DNA of 63,264 nt, counting the filler, from Intoshia linei (Eukaryota; Animalia; Orthonectida), in NCBI GenBank assembly GCA_001642005.1. It is 4 parts of 4 records of this genome, joined end to end, with 100 filler letters (N's around TTAATTAATTAA, not from the genome) between each part and the next. Parts side by side here need not be neighbours in the genome. Positions count along the whole stretch, not along the records: positions 25,772 to 45,523 come from LWCA01000716.1; positions 45,624 to 63,264 come from LWCA01000799.1; 2 more parts are not named here. The stretch is one strand, 5' to 3'. Of this stretch, positions 41,484 to 53,506 are shown in pieces. Position numbers and translations under genes: made by a program. Position 1 is the first letter of the stretch, and every line of letters starts with the position of its first letter. The notes below the pieces were generated by a model. It searched no databases, was not told where the DNA came from, and worked only from the letters and a program-made list of their open reading frames with translations.

Positions 41484-41990
41484 TTTTACATTATAAAATA
41501 TTTTTTTAATTAAAATAAATGTATATTTTTATTAAATTTTTGGTCAATGATTTTACTAATGCGTTTATCGTAGTGGGGTTTTGGTGTGAATGTGTAAACT
41601 TAAGAGATTGGGAAATGGATTTTTGGAATCTAGTTAATAAATACTTTATCAAATTTATACTGATAAAAATAAATAATATAAATGTATTCTCAATTTATAA
41701 CAGCATTTTTACCAAATGTGCAGTTTTTTCAAAATATTTAAAGCGAAAAATTTTAAATGAAGAGTTTAGTGTTATTTTCTGAAAACTCTGCTCATACGGT
41801 ATGAGTATGAGTATGAGTCATACCAGCATTACAGTAAATACTACTACCGAACGCTTGGCAAAACATGAAAATGTTATTGTGAAAACTTAATATTGATGTT
41901 GTTATATCAACAAAATACCTAATTTAAATTTTGTAATTTGGCGCAATGAGTTGCAGGCTGCTTTTAATGATATGAAATATTAATTTTATC

Positions 41991-43339
41991 ATGCAACCAT
42001 TATACACAACAGACAAAATTTTTATTTTTTCCGGAAATAATAAAACAAAGGAAATTATATCCAGATACGATGAATTATCATATTTAATTGCTATAACCCG
42101 AACAGAATATCCAAAAGTGATTCAATTGAAGTTGAATCATTTTTTAAAAAAAAAATATGAACAATTGGTAATTACATATATCTCATCTTATTATAAAGTG
42201 ATGTCTCTAATTATCGAATTGATTTATCAGTGATAATTAACACAATTAGTATTAACGGTTTCACGTTTATCGTTTTATCTTTTTTTTTTCTTTTTAGGGT
42301 TGGTAAAACTAGAATTTTCCCTAAAAGTTTGATAAAAGTTGATTCTTATTTGTAGGGTTGGTAAATTTTGAATGTGCATTGAACATTGCGCAAACTGTAG
42401 CTAAATAACCTTTATATTAACGGTTTCAAATCTAATAATTATTGTACAATATTATCTGTCTACTTCGTTAATGTGTTGAGACTTTCAATTTGTGACTTGT
42501 AATTTTTATCCAAGTATAAACGCAGTAACTTTATAAATAATGCAAAAATTATACTTCTTATTCTATTCGCAAATTGTCATACTTTAGTCCCAGAGCCGAA
42601 ACTACCAAGCTCAAGGAATCCCTAAAAAAATTTCAATCGATGCATAGTGTTATATAACCCTATCGCCCCTCCAGGACTCTTAACTGACATTGTAAATTTA
42701 TCACACAAAATAGATTAGTTTTCAAGAAAATAATTTTGTTAATGCTCATTTTGTAAGAGTATGTCCATTTTTTACAAAAATGTCGTCAAAAGATCCCGGA
42801 ATAGGATCTCGGTTATGGTAGGTTCGCACTTCTTGTTCCCTCTATTTGTATAATACACTTTTTTCTTAAAATTATCGCCATGTAGCAGATTAGGCAAGTA
42901 CTGAATTGGAGAATTACTGTATATTTTTAATTTTAGATTAATCAAGTTCAAAATTTAAAATCTATTGAAAAAGACAAAATGGAGTTTATAATCGATGAAA
43001 CACCACAAAACGATTTTCAACATTTGGATTCTTTTACAGTATTTGAAAACTTGCGATTAAGCCACCAAGATTAATCTAGATTTTAAATAAACTATTACAG
43101 TTTAAGTCTATAAAAAAGTTGAGAACCACTGATCTAGACATCTACAATACTGTTTTTATGTTAAAAATATTAATATGGAACGTCCACTCTAGATTGTTAG
43201 TGAATATATCGTATTGAAATCTGATTTAAATTAAAAATTAACCAATGAATATATTTTAAATTTAGGATACTTATTTTTTTATTCATAAGAATATAATTAT
43301 CCCTGAGCACCACCGCAAAACTCAAATTTTAAAAAAAAT
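41991..43339 (+). CDS. Putative exons of unknown function (~41991-42167, 42938-43038, 43266-43339), possibly 5' of the arrestin-like gene
   Basis: Short open segments bounded by AG/GT and divergent from RECQL4; no family recognised. Confidence 0.3.
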
Positions 43340-43683
43340 GTGAGACAATATAACGTAGTATGCAGCACGATTAATAGTGCCAATGTTATTAGAAAAAAAT
43401 ATAAATTATAATATTTGCTACCATATAAAGATATTGATAAGCGATATCTTGGTAATTACAATGTCATTTCAATTAGAAAAGTTTAGAGAATAATCTGTTA
43501 GTATTAGCACATGTGTGTAAATAGAAGATTATACACTTGTAGTATATTGCTATTCATACAATAAATATTCTTATTTTAAATAGTAAATTTATATATTAAA
43601 AGTAAAAAAATTATAATGGTTCTTAATTTTTTTAAATTGTCAAATCTAGAGTAATATTATTAAATTATATGCCAATTTTATAG

Positions 43684-44773
43684 AGTAGAATCAATTGAAA
43701 TTAATAAAACAAATTTAAAATTGGAAACAAAATATGCGGTAAAATAAAAGTGCAATCTTTTAAAGTTGTTCCGATCAAAGAAATTCGAGTGGAGGTACAT
43801 GGTGTCGTACGCATAAAAAAAATAGTTTACAACGGCAATAATAGTCATAAAGTTAAATACAGACATACAATTTACAAATCTAGAACTTTAATATCACGTA
43901 CGGTACTACATTTATAAACATGTTTCAATGAATTAAACATTAAGATCCCTATAAAGTGGATCGAGGTGCAACTATTTTTCAATTTTGTGTACTTTTACAT
44001 TACAACCCACTAGCAATGTAATTATTTACATACTATAATATGTTTAATTGTGTTATCATTGTTATAAAACTTAATGTTAGTATGTACATTATATTAAATT
44101 TTAATTGTAGATTGACAAGTTCAATAAAAATTAGGCACGGTTCAACTTATTATAAATTAAAGGTTTATATAAACAAGAAAAAAATGGCAAAAAAATATAT
44201 TACTATTGATGCATCCTATCCGCGAAATGTAACATTAATAACATTTTGAATATGAAATTTCAATTGTTAATTTTAAATGTAAGGTACACTCTGCTACAAT
44301 GAATTTTTTGCAATCTGGTCCGTTGGTAATTTCGGCATCACTAGAAACCTCATTTATTAAACTAAACACACCATTCACATTATTATATCTCATCAAAAAT
44401 AACAAAAATTGTAAGTAACGAATATCTGTTAAATTAAAGAGAAAAATCACATTAATATCGCATGGAACGTCTGTTTCGAAAACAGAAATATTAATAACTA
44501 CTTTATGTACTTTTTTATTTTTATACATTTAAAGAAGATTTTGAATTGCCGTCTGTACTTTTGATTTCATAGATTACAGTGAATCCTCCACTATTAGTCT
44601 AAATCGGAATTAAAAATTTTACACAATACACTACTAATATAATTTATTTTTAAATGGATGAAATTGAATTTGGACAATTCATGGATAATGAAAAAACTAT
44701 TCGACTAAATAATGATATTTTACCCACTCATTTATCCATACATAAATCTGTACATGTTTGTGATTATTTGAAG
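43684..44773 (+). pseudogene. Alpha-arrestin (ARRDC-like) gene with a frameshift and an in-frame stop
   Basis: FKIGNKICGKIKVQSFKVVPIKEIRVEVHGVVRI; RGATIFQFCVLL; LTSSIKIRHGSTYYKLKVYI (cf. LPSSFEGxxGxIRY); SGPLVISASLETSFIKLNTPFTLLYLIKN..K*RISVKLKRKITL; ILPTHLSIHKSVHVCDYLK. Frameshift at ~43710; TAA at 44416-44418. Confidence 0.6.
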
Positions 44774-45259
44774 GTAATTTTCGTTTAACACATTGTAAAT
44801 TCAGAAAATTGAATTTTATTTATAAATTAAAAATGTAGTAGATTTATCGAATAAAAAAAGGATTATTTGATTCCAAAGTAAAAGTTAAACTAGACGTTAG
44901 TGTCTATTGAAATTCTATTGAGTGTTCTATCTGAATACAAGAATTCCGTTAAATTTTAAATTAAAACTAGCTTGACTGTTATGTATTACGTACAAACAGC
45001 ACCTAGCTCTGCCGAGGGCACATTTTATTATACCAAAAATATAAATTTATGTTGAAAATCACTATTATCAATCCTTTAAAGGAGTGGTTCCCAAATTAAC
45101 AAAATTATATTAAATAATTAACCAAATCCCCACTTTATAAACATTTCAGTCAAATTTTACCATTATTGCATAGGATTGTAATATAAAAATGATATTAACA
45201 AAGTTGTTTTAGTTTCGTTGTTGTATTTTCTTAATTTAAATATTAATGTTTTGAAAATG

Positions 45260-45523
45260 AGAATTTGAAATTTAAAAATTGCGTAGCAATGAAAAAAAAT
45301 CCGAAGGAATAATTATATAGATTTGCTCCAATATTTCTTTATTGGGAATGGAAACGTTCAATGCACATTTTTTTTTATATTGTAGAATCAATATTTACAT
45401 TTTCAATTTTTATTTTAATCGAAATATTTGAAAAATATTGGTTGAACATTAAAAATTATTTTTCATCAATAATGCGTAGATTTCTCGGGTTGAACTTTTG
45501 TATTTATATCAACTGGAATAAGC
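45260..45523 (-). repeat. Dispersed repeat family C copy at contig end
   Basis: Reverse complement of ~37880-38145. Confidence 0.8.
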
Positions 45524-45623
45524 NNNNNNNNNNNNNNNNNNNNNNNNNNNNNNNNNNNNNNNNNNNNTTAATTAATTAANNNNNNNNNNNNNNNNNNNNN
45601 NNNNNNNNNNNNNNNNNNNNNNN
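45524..45623. other. Artificial contig spacer
   Basis: 44N-TTAATTAATTAA-44N. Confidence 0.97.
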
Positions 45624-46785
45624 AATATCACCCACGAGAGGTCTACCGGAACGTTGGACATCCCTTAAGCTATAATTTTTTTAATGAACTTATTTTGAGT
45701 TGCTTTAACAGTAGAATGAGAATTATTATACTCATATAGTAGAATATGGCGAATATGTTATCCAAAATCACAAAAGTTTTTTGTCTAAATTCATAATAAA
45801 TATTTGTGTATATTAATAATTTATACTTTCATCTAATGCATCATTAAATATTTTATCCATAAGCATTGTTAATTTCAAATTATTTTAAATGTTTTTGATT
45901 ATATAGTGATTAAAAAACATTATGAAAATAAAAGCGACATAACTTTATGGACAACCTAATAAATCGTTTTTACACTTACATTTTATTAGAGTAATACTAA
46001 TATCTCATATTAATCTTAAATTACAAATTATTAAAACAATTGACATAAAACTGATAAAAACAAAACTGATAAGGAAATACTGATAATACGAATTACTGAT
46101 GAAATAACTTTATTATGAAATGATTGCTGATGACACGATTACTGATAATGTGAATAAGCACGTAACTATACTTAGTATAAAAAAATCTCAAATACGAAAA
46201 CAAAACAGATTTGATTTTGTTTTCAACAGTAAATTATTATAATACCTCATTTATATCCCGTAAACTAGCTTTATTGTCAAATTTGGCTTCTAAATATAAA
46301 TCTAAAGCAAATCAAATGACATAATATAAAAAATAATAATTAATAAAATAAATTTAATTTAAACTATATATCACTCGTTCTCAATCGTTTCCACACCATC
46401 AACCTAACTCAAGAATTCTCAACCTAGACGATGTCTCCCATTTGGAGCGATTCATTTTCTAATTAATATTATTTCTTTATTTTGTATATTACACACACGT
46501 GTTTCATTCATGAAATGAAACTTCAAATTGTATTAAATTATTACACGGTGCGCATTTTGAAAAACACCTAACATTGGTATATCAAATCAAATAAAACTCA
46601 CTTTCACGATTAAAGAGCCATATATAACCTTCGGTTTTGGTCGCTAAGATAATAAAAACGAGGCTTGAACATTATTACGTATTTGTGATTTATGGCGTTA
46701 ACGTTCACATGATTTATATATTTTAATATTATATATGTGTATTTATTAATATTGAATTAAAGTAAAAAAATATTTTTTTAATATA

Positions 46786-47809
46786 CAGTAAAACCTTAAT
46801 TTAACGAACAAATTGATAATTAATGATTAATGTTAAAATTAATATTTTTTTCCTTTTAAATCTACCAAAAACAAAAAAGTGTTCTTTAAATTTTTCAGAA
46901 ATGTGTGCTTTAAATCGACAACCACTGTACATCTTATTTTAAGAATAAATAAAAAATCAAATACGATGCTAAGGAGAAACAATCAAAAAGAAAATAGAAA
47001 AATTCATACTTTAGAAGAATAGATATAATATAAATTTTTCTGGAATGAATAATGCAAAATATACTCAAAGAGAACTTTCAATTAAATTTGGCATGCCTCT
47101 TGGAGCGATTAATAAAATTTTAAAGAATAAAGACTCTTTAAAACAGTTGAAAATAGATGGGATTGAGGACAAACGCATGTTAGTTAATTTTGCAACGGCT
47201 GAAATCGACAAACTTGTATATGAGTGATTTGTTCGAAGGAGATATAACAATTTTATTATTTTATGAAATATGATTCAAACTCTTAACATCGGGAAACGGC
47301 TAAAAAAACCCAATTTCGGAGCTTCAAATGGTTGGTTTTCCTGTTTTCAAAAACGTCATAATATTCGTTATCATGTTATTAGTGGTGAGGCAGGTCTTGT
47401 TAATACAAGTGAATTTGAAGTTTTTTCAGAAGTAAAGAGAAATATAGTCCTATGGACATTTATAATTGCAATTCGAGAGGCCTGTTTTTCAAAAATTCTA
47501 ATTCTAGAACATACGTTTTATCAAATAGTGATAAATCTTGATGAAAAAATAATGGAAAAGTCACAGATGAATTCCCTGCGTATGATGAAAACGATTATAG
47601 GGACGATGAATTCATCGATTCTTTGATGCCGCCCATAAAAGCATTACAAGCGGTGAAACAAACTATATTAAAAAAAAAGACCCAAAACAATATGTGATAT
47701 TTATAAAAAAATAAATTAATTAAAAATAAATTTGTTTGTTAGTTAACTTTTTTTTAACGAACAAGAAATTTTCATGTAAGTTGCTGTTCGTTAAATTGAG
47801 GTTTGACTA
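46786..47809 (+). mobile_element. Internally deleted Tigger/pogo transposon
   Basis: 24-bp TIRs CAGTAAAACCTTAATTTAACGAAC / GTTCGTTAAATTGAGGTTTGACTA with TA TSD; HTH TQRELSIKFGMPLGAINKILKNK; CENP-B HTH FGASNGWFSCFQKRHNIRYHVISGEA; stops and frameshifts. Confidence 0.9.
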
Positions 47810-47829
47810 TACATTTTTTTTCTGTAAAT

Positions 47830-48330
47830 GGGGGTAAAACCACCGTTTTTAGAAAAAAAAAACACCTAAAACAAACTATTGATAATCGGGAAAAAAAGCC
47901 CACGATGCTTTAGAATGTTACCGGTTGATTATGCAAGTAGTCAAAATTCTTGGATGACTAGATCTATATTCATAGATTGGCTGATTAAATGAAATTTATA
48001 TTTGGATCATAACATTCTGTTATTACTTGACAATTGAACGACTCACAAAAACTTTGGCCAATTAAATCATATAAAAATAATGTTTTTACCGGTGAATACA
48101 ACGTCTATTATTCAGCCGTGTGACAGGGCATATTACGAATCTTTAAGTCATATTACCGAAAACCAATCAGAGCTCAAATAATAACACAACTTGATAATTG
48201 TGATATGTATAACGCAAATATACTTGCTAAAAAATATCGATTCTTACTGCAGTGCATATGGCAACAAGTTCTTGAGTGCAAGTGTCTATACCGACAATAC
48301 AAAATTGCTTTAAAAAAGGAGGATTCCATA
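47830..48330 (+). mobile_element. Tigger/pogo DDE_1 domain remnant
   Basis: LPVDYASSQNSWMTRSIFIDWL..ILLLLDN*TTH..IMFLPVNTTSIIQPCD..FKSYYRK..TIQNCFKKGGF. Confidence 0.85.
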
Positions 48331-49276
48331 AAATAGATACCATCAATCTACCATATCAAATAGATGTATAAAATTTTTAAAATGGCAAGCGTCTTTGTAA
48401 AAAAAATTTCCAAAATCATTTTTTTTCAGTGTAATCACAAACCTGTCATACGCGACTTTATAAGTTTTTTCATCATAACATTTTCAAAAAAAATTACCAA
48501 ATAAATAAAACAAACAATTAACAAACCATACCCCTAATGATTATATTCCAAAATACGATTCAAAGATCGTGTTCGGATAGTGTAGTAAAAATTTTAAACA
48601 GCTTAAATTCGCGTAAAATTAGTAGACAAAATTACCATGTTTAAAATTAGGAAATAGAGATTCCAAATCTTTTAGAAAGTGTCTATGTCGCGCCGAAATT
48701 CCTCTAGAAGACATTGATAAGACTTGAGTCATATTTTTTTGGTTCCGCTAAAAATTAAATAATCAATATTTATCATAAAATGAATTGTGTGATTACAGCT
48801 AATTTAAAAATATTGTCTGACGTAGTAATTTCAGGTATTTGATTTTTATTATTTTGAATTCTAAATAATATATCTTATAATTTTTTCTAATTATATTTCG
48901 TTTAGTATAATCTTTTGCAGTCTTGAACCGCTTAGTTGAATTGAAAAAATAATCCCAGTTTTATTTTTATGTATATTTATTATCAAATATATCTATTGAC
49001 CTATATTTTCAAATTTTCATAAAATAACATTAATACTGTAGTAATTATATACGTGTAAACGTTAAAATTTAAAAAAATCAAATTAAAATACTCTGTTGAT
49101 AAACCGGACTGCATTGTTTCACTGCTTAAATTAACTAAAGTTTACGTTTATATTGGTGAAACGGTCGAAATTATAAACTTGTACATGACAACGTATTTTT
49201 ATTTTACGTTATATTAAAATATTGCCTTTTTCACTTTCCAATATTTGATTTTAAGTTCATTGTCAAATAAAATAAC

Positions 49277-52200
49277 ATGGAATTTGTGAAGGAAGCGACT
49301 CCATCAATTAAAAATGGTAATTATGGCGTAAACTTAAAACGTATATCGAACAAAATGAATTTAAAACGTGTATATCTTAAATTTAATTTAGATACATACT
49401 ATTTTCCATGTAAAGGCTCCATGGTCAGATTGACCAATATAGACGATGAAATATTTACTGGAACTATAATTGATTGTGACAAGGAAAGAAATGCTTGCAT
49501 TATGCTCAGTGATAGTAAGTCAGAATTAATTATTATTGCTACTTTGTATCGCCTGTCCTGGTACTTTTGTGAGTAAATTAAGGGTATTTATGGTATTGAA
49601 AAGTATTCATTTTTATATGGATTTATGAAAATGTGAATTAAGAGCACCTTCTCTCTAAGAGTTGTATTCTTTAAACCAGTGTTTCCTAACCGTGGGACTA
49701 GGTCCCTGGTGAGTCCTGACGAAATTTTTCGTGGGGTATGGGAAATTTCAAACAGTATTGAAAACGTTGAGTACTAATTGATCTTTTACTCAAATACATG
49801 TGCCAATGCCAGCAACACCCTAATGCAGTGAAATGATAATGCGGGACACTTGAAAAATTTAAATAAAAATAGAAACCATGATGGCACCAAGATATTTATA
49901 TTTTTTATTATCACATACTATACCACGTTAATAGTTAAAGACAAAAACGATAATGATTTGAACGGAACCACTATCTTCAATAGACACGAGTTGAAATCAG
50001 GTATTGTTTATATTGAAATTTTATAATTTATTATTTAGTAAAATTAATTTCCGAGACATTGCCCGCTGAGATCCCGTAATGTGTAACTAAATATATCAAC
50101 ATTATCTAGATTAGTGTATGAATATTGCACAGAGATACCTTCTGATTTCAGGATTAAATCATCTCAACGATTATTGAAATTTATACCTGATATTTGGAAT
50201 AACTATACACCTGATAGTTGTTTTGATACACAAGGCGTAGTTTTATTTGATATAAATAACGAAAGCTGTAAGAGTGTTTATATTGAAACATTGGTAAGAT
50301 TTAATTTTTAATCCTTAAATATAACCGTGCCAAATTCGAATTCTGGCAACAAATTTAATCAAAAATTGCTAATTTCTCATTCCCTACCATTTTATACAAT
50401 ATACTAATGATTTTCAAACTTTTGAGTTTTGTTTTTGGCTCATCAAATTTGATAAAATCAGATTTTTCAAAAAAACAATTGGAAAAAGAGAATGTTATCT
50501 TAGCGTTGGTGAATTGGATTTATATTTTGGGGTTGAAATAAGAAGGTTTCTATTCAGATTTGTTAAAATCGTGTATTTCAAAAAAATATTGGAAAAAGGG
50601 GGTTTTTGGCTCATCAAATTTGATAAAATCGGATTTTTCAAAACATTATGTTATCTTAAGCGTTGGTAAATTGGATTTTTATTTTGGGATTGGAATAAGA
50701 CTGTTTTCTGAGAAGATTTGGTAAAATCGTGTGTTTCAAAAAAATATTAAAAAAAGAGGATTTTTTATTTTGGTTTTTGGCTCATCCAATTGGATAAAAT
50801 CAGATTTTTAAAAAAAAACAATTGGAAAAAGAGAATGTTATCTTAAGCGTTGGTGAATTGTATTTTTATTTTAGGATTGGAATAAGGTTTTTCTCATAAG
50901 ATTTGGTAAAATTGTGTTTTTCAAAAAAATTTTGGAAATAGGGGATTTTATATTTTGGTTTTTAGCTCATAACATTTGGTAAAATCGGATTTTTCAAATA
51001 AACTATTGGAAAAAAGGATGCTAACTTAAGTGTTGGTATTGCATTTTTATTTTGGTGTTAGAATAAGATGATTTTCTTAGAAGATTTGTTAAAATTGTGT
51101 TTTTCAAATAAATGTTGAAAAAAGGGGGGTTTTTATTTTGATTTTTGGCTCTTAAGATTTGGTAAAATCAGATTTTTTAAAAAAAGGATGTTATCTGACG
51201 CGTTGGTAAATTGGATTTTTATTTTGAGTTTGGAATAAGGTTTTTTTTATAAGATTTCGTAAATCGGTTTTTTTTAAAAAAATATTGGAAAAAGGCATTT
51301 TTCACTTAAGGGTTTGTAAAATTGGATTTTATTTTGGTGTTTGACTAAGTCGATTTTTCACTGATGGTTTGAAATGGTATTTGTTATTAAATCTTGTCAA
51401 TGGTTGGATAAAAGTGGGATTTTTGAAATACTAATGTAGTGGTCGTCTAGGCTTTGGGTTATATCTGTAATAAATATTACAATTATCCTATCAAATAAAC
51501 AAAATTTGATAAATTTTATATTTTATTTGAATCTCACGGACCCCAGGCATATAGTTTTGGACTCCAATCGGTAACCACTGGTTTATATTTATAGTGAAAT
51601 TTAATGTTTAAATTTTTTAGCTGAATCAATTATTAAAAGTCGATAAAATTGCTTGTTCGTATAAAATTACAAGTGATTATTCAAAATCTAATCCAAATCA
51701 CGAATTGATATTTTTAACAGTTTTTATTAGTATACTAATTCATTAATTTTTTTTAGTTTTCCATCAAACTTACTGAAATGTACGTTATTCAAATTTGTGA
51801 TTTGAAACAAAGTAAAATTTTTAATATAATTAAAAACATTTTGGAAAATGTAAATGTGATGAAGGTATTTATACATTTTATTATTTAAGAAAAGAGTCAT
51901 TTTAGATTATTCACGATTCCAGGCTTGTTAATGGATTGTTACGTCGTGATTTTGGTATAATTGTGAATAATGTGTATGATACTCAGGTATATATTTTAAA
52001 TTTTAAAATGTGTCAAATAACGACATTTTTTGAGTTGCATATTTCTATATTTGGCATGATTTCAAAAATAAATATATTTTTTTTATTTAGGCAATTAGTT
52101 TTCATTTCATGAAAAATTTATTGATGCAAATGTACGCTTCCGATACAATGTTTAGTTTTGAAACAACATTGAGTTATTTTCTGCCTGAAAGGTGTCAAAG

Positions 52201-53263
52201 TTATTTTAGTTTTGAACGATTAAAAAATATGCAAGTAATTACGATTAATCTATTTTTTTTTGAAAATTATTTTAATAATTGTTATTCTTTACAAATAATT
52301 TATAGATACATAATCGCGTTTGGCTTGATTGTAAAAAGGAAGGTTGGGATATGAATACCAATCAAAAAGCATTTTTAATTTATCGGACAATTTTTCTTAT
52401 AGAACTGATGCATTCTTTGGATTATTACAATTATCTTAAAATTTCACATTATAATAAATGTTTCTCAAATGCATATGCTAAATCATCCCAAATTGAGGTA
52501 ACAGGTCATTAAATGTAATTATTTTTATAAAATTTAGCACTATAGACCTTGGAATTTAAACATTAATACAATTGAAGCTATAAATGCTTTTTCCTTAGAG
52601 AATTATAAATTAAAATACAACTCTAAAGTATTGCCTACGGATATTCCAGTTCATTTTACTAGGAAAAGTATACTTTCTCACCAATGTAATTTTTGTATAG
52701 TCGACTTTAAATTTAATTTAGACTGTTTTAAGGGTTTAGTTCCAAGTTTTCGGTTATTGAAAAATATTTACATTTTATTTTCTATTTTTGTACAATTTCT
52801 TAGTTATTAATTATTTTAATTTTTAGTCAATTTGGAAATTATGGATGTATTGGTAAATTTGAACCAAACAATAGAAAAAAATGATAAAAAAATTTATAAG
52901 AAATTGGTACATGAAGATACCAATGATGTAAAATCAAATATAATTCAAAATGATGAGAATATAGTCAAATTAAACGATGAAAAAAATAATAAAATAGAAC
53001 CAAATACAGTGACATCAAACAGTTTACCTTGTAATAATATTCCTAAAAATCACCTTGATTGTTTAATTCCGGAAAAAACTGGTTATACAGGATCTAATCA
53101 AGTTATAGTAAACTGTAATGTTGATAAGTCGAGTTATGCAGATATCGTAGATAACACCAAACAAATTAATGTAAATTTGAATAAATTTGTTGAAAATTCC
53201 AAAGAAAAAACCTGTTCACTAAATAAAGATGCCAATGATATTCTTAAATTGTATTTTGACTGA
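49277..53263 (+). CDS. EXD1: EXD1-like piRNA-pathway 3'-5' exonuclease-domain protein, multi-exon
   Basis: IKNILENVNVMK|IIHDSRLVNGLLRRDFGIIVNNVYDTQ|AISFHF (51830-52110) matches EXD1/Egalitarian-type ILEDxxILKVIHDCR..YGIxLNNVFDTQ. N-terminal Sm-like segment GSMVRLTNIDDEIFTGTIIDCD. GT-AG introns of 37 and 41 nt. Confidence 0.75.
50430..51580 (-). mobile_element. hAT MITE family A copy with an expanded ~170-185-bp tandem array
   Basis: Terminal AATCGGTAACCACTG at 51566-51580; units starting TTTTGGCTCATCAAATTTGATAAAATC at ~50433, 50604, 50775, 50958 and 51143. Confidence 0.8.
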
Positions 53264-53506
53264 TTCATAATACATCATGTATTTAAATGTAAACAATTGT
53301 AATAAATTATAAATTATAAATTTAACATTGTATAATATTGTATAGAATATGGTTATAATTTTTATAATTTATTGAAACTTCTTGTTTATTTTAATGTTCA
53401 TAATTTGTTTATTTTTCTATTGGTAACTGTATCTGTCCAATCAAAAGATTGGCGCAATTGTATTTTTGTGTAACAGGTAATATTTAAATTGATTGTGCGT
53501 TTTAAA

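Noticed and set aside
41791-41826. (TATGAG)3 with flanking CTCATAC inverted motif
   Set aside because: Too short to interpret; probably a repeat fragment.
44416-44418. In-frame TAA as evidence of stop-codon reassignment
   Set aside because: Other genes here end in TAA and have long stop-free exons under the standard code; the same locus also has a frameshift.
50430-51340. Regular repeat array as a CRISPR
   Set aside because: Degenerate tandem units with no unique spacers, no cas genes, and eukaryotic context.
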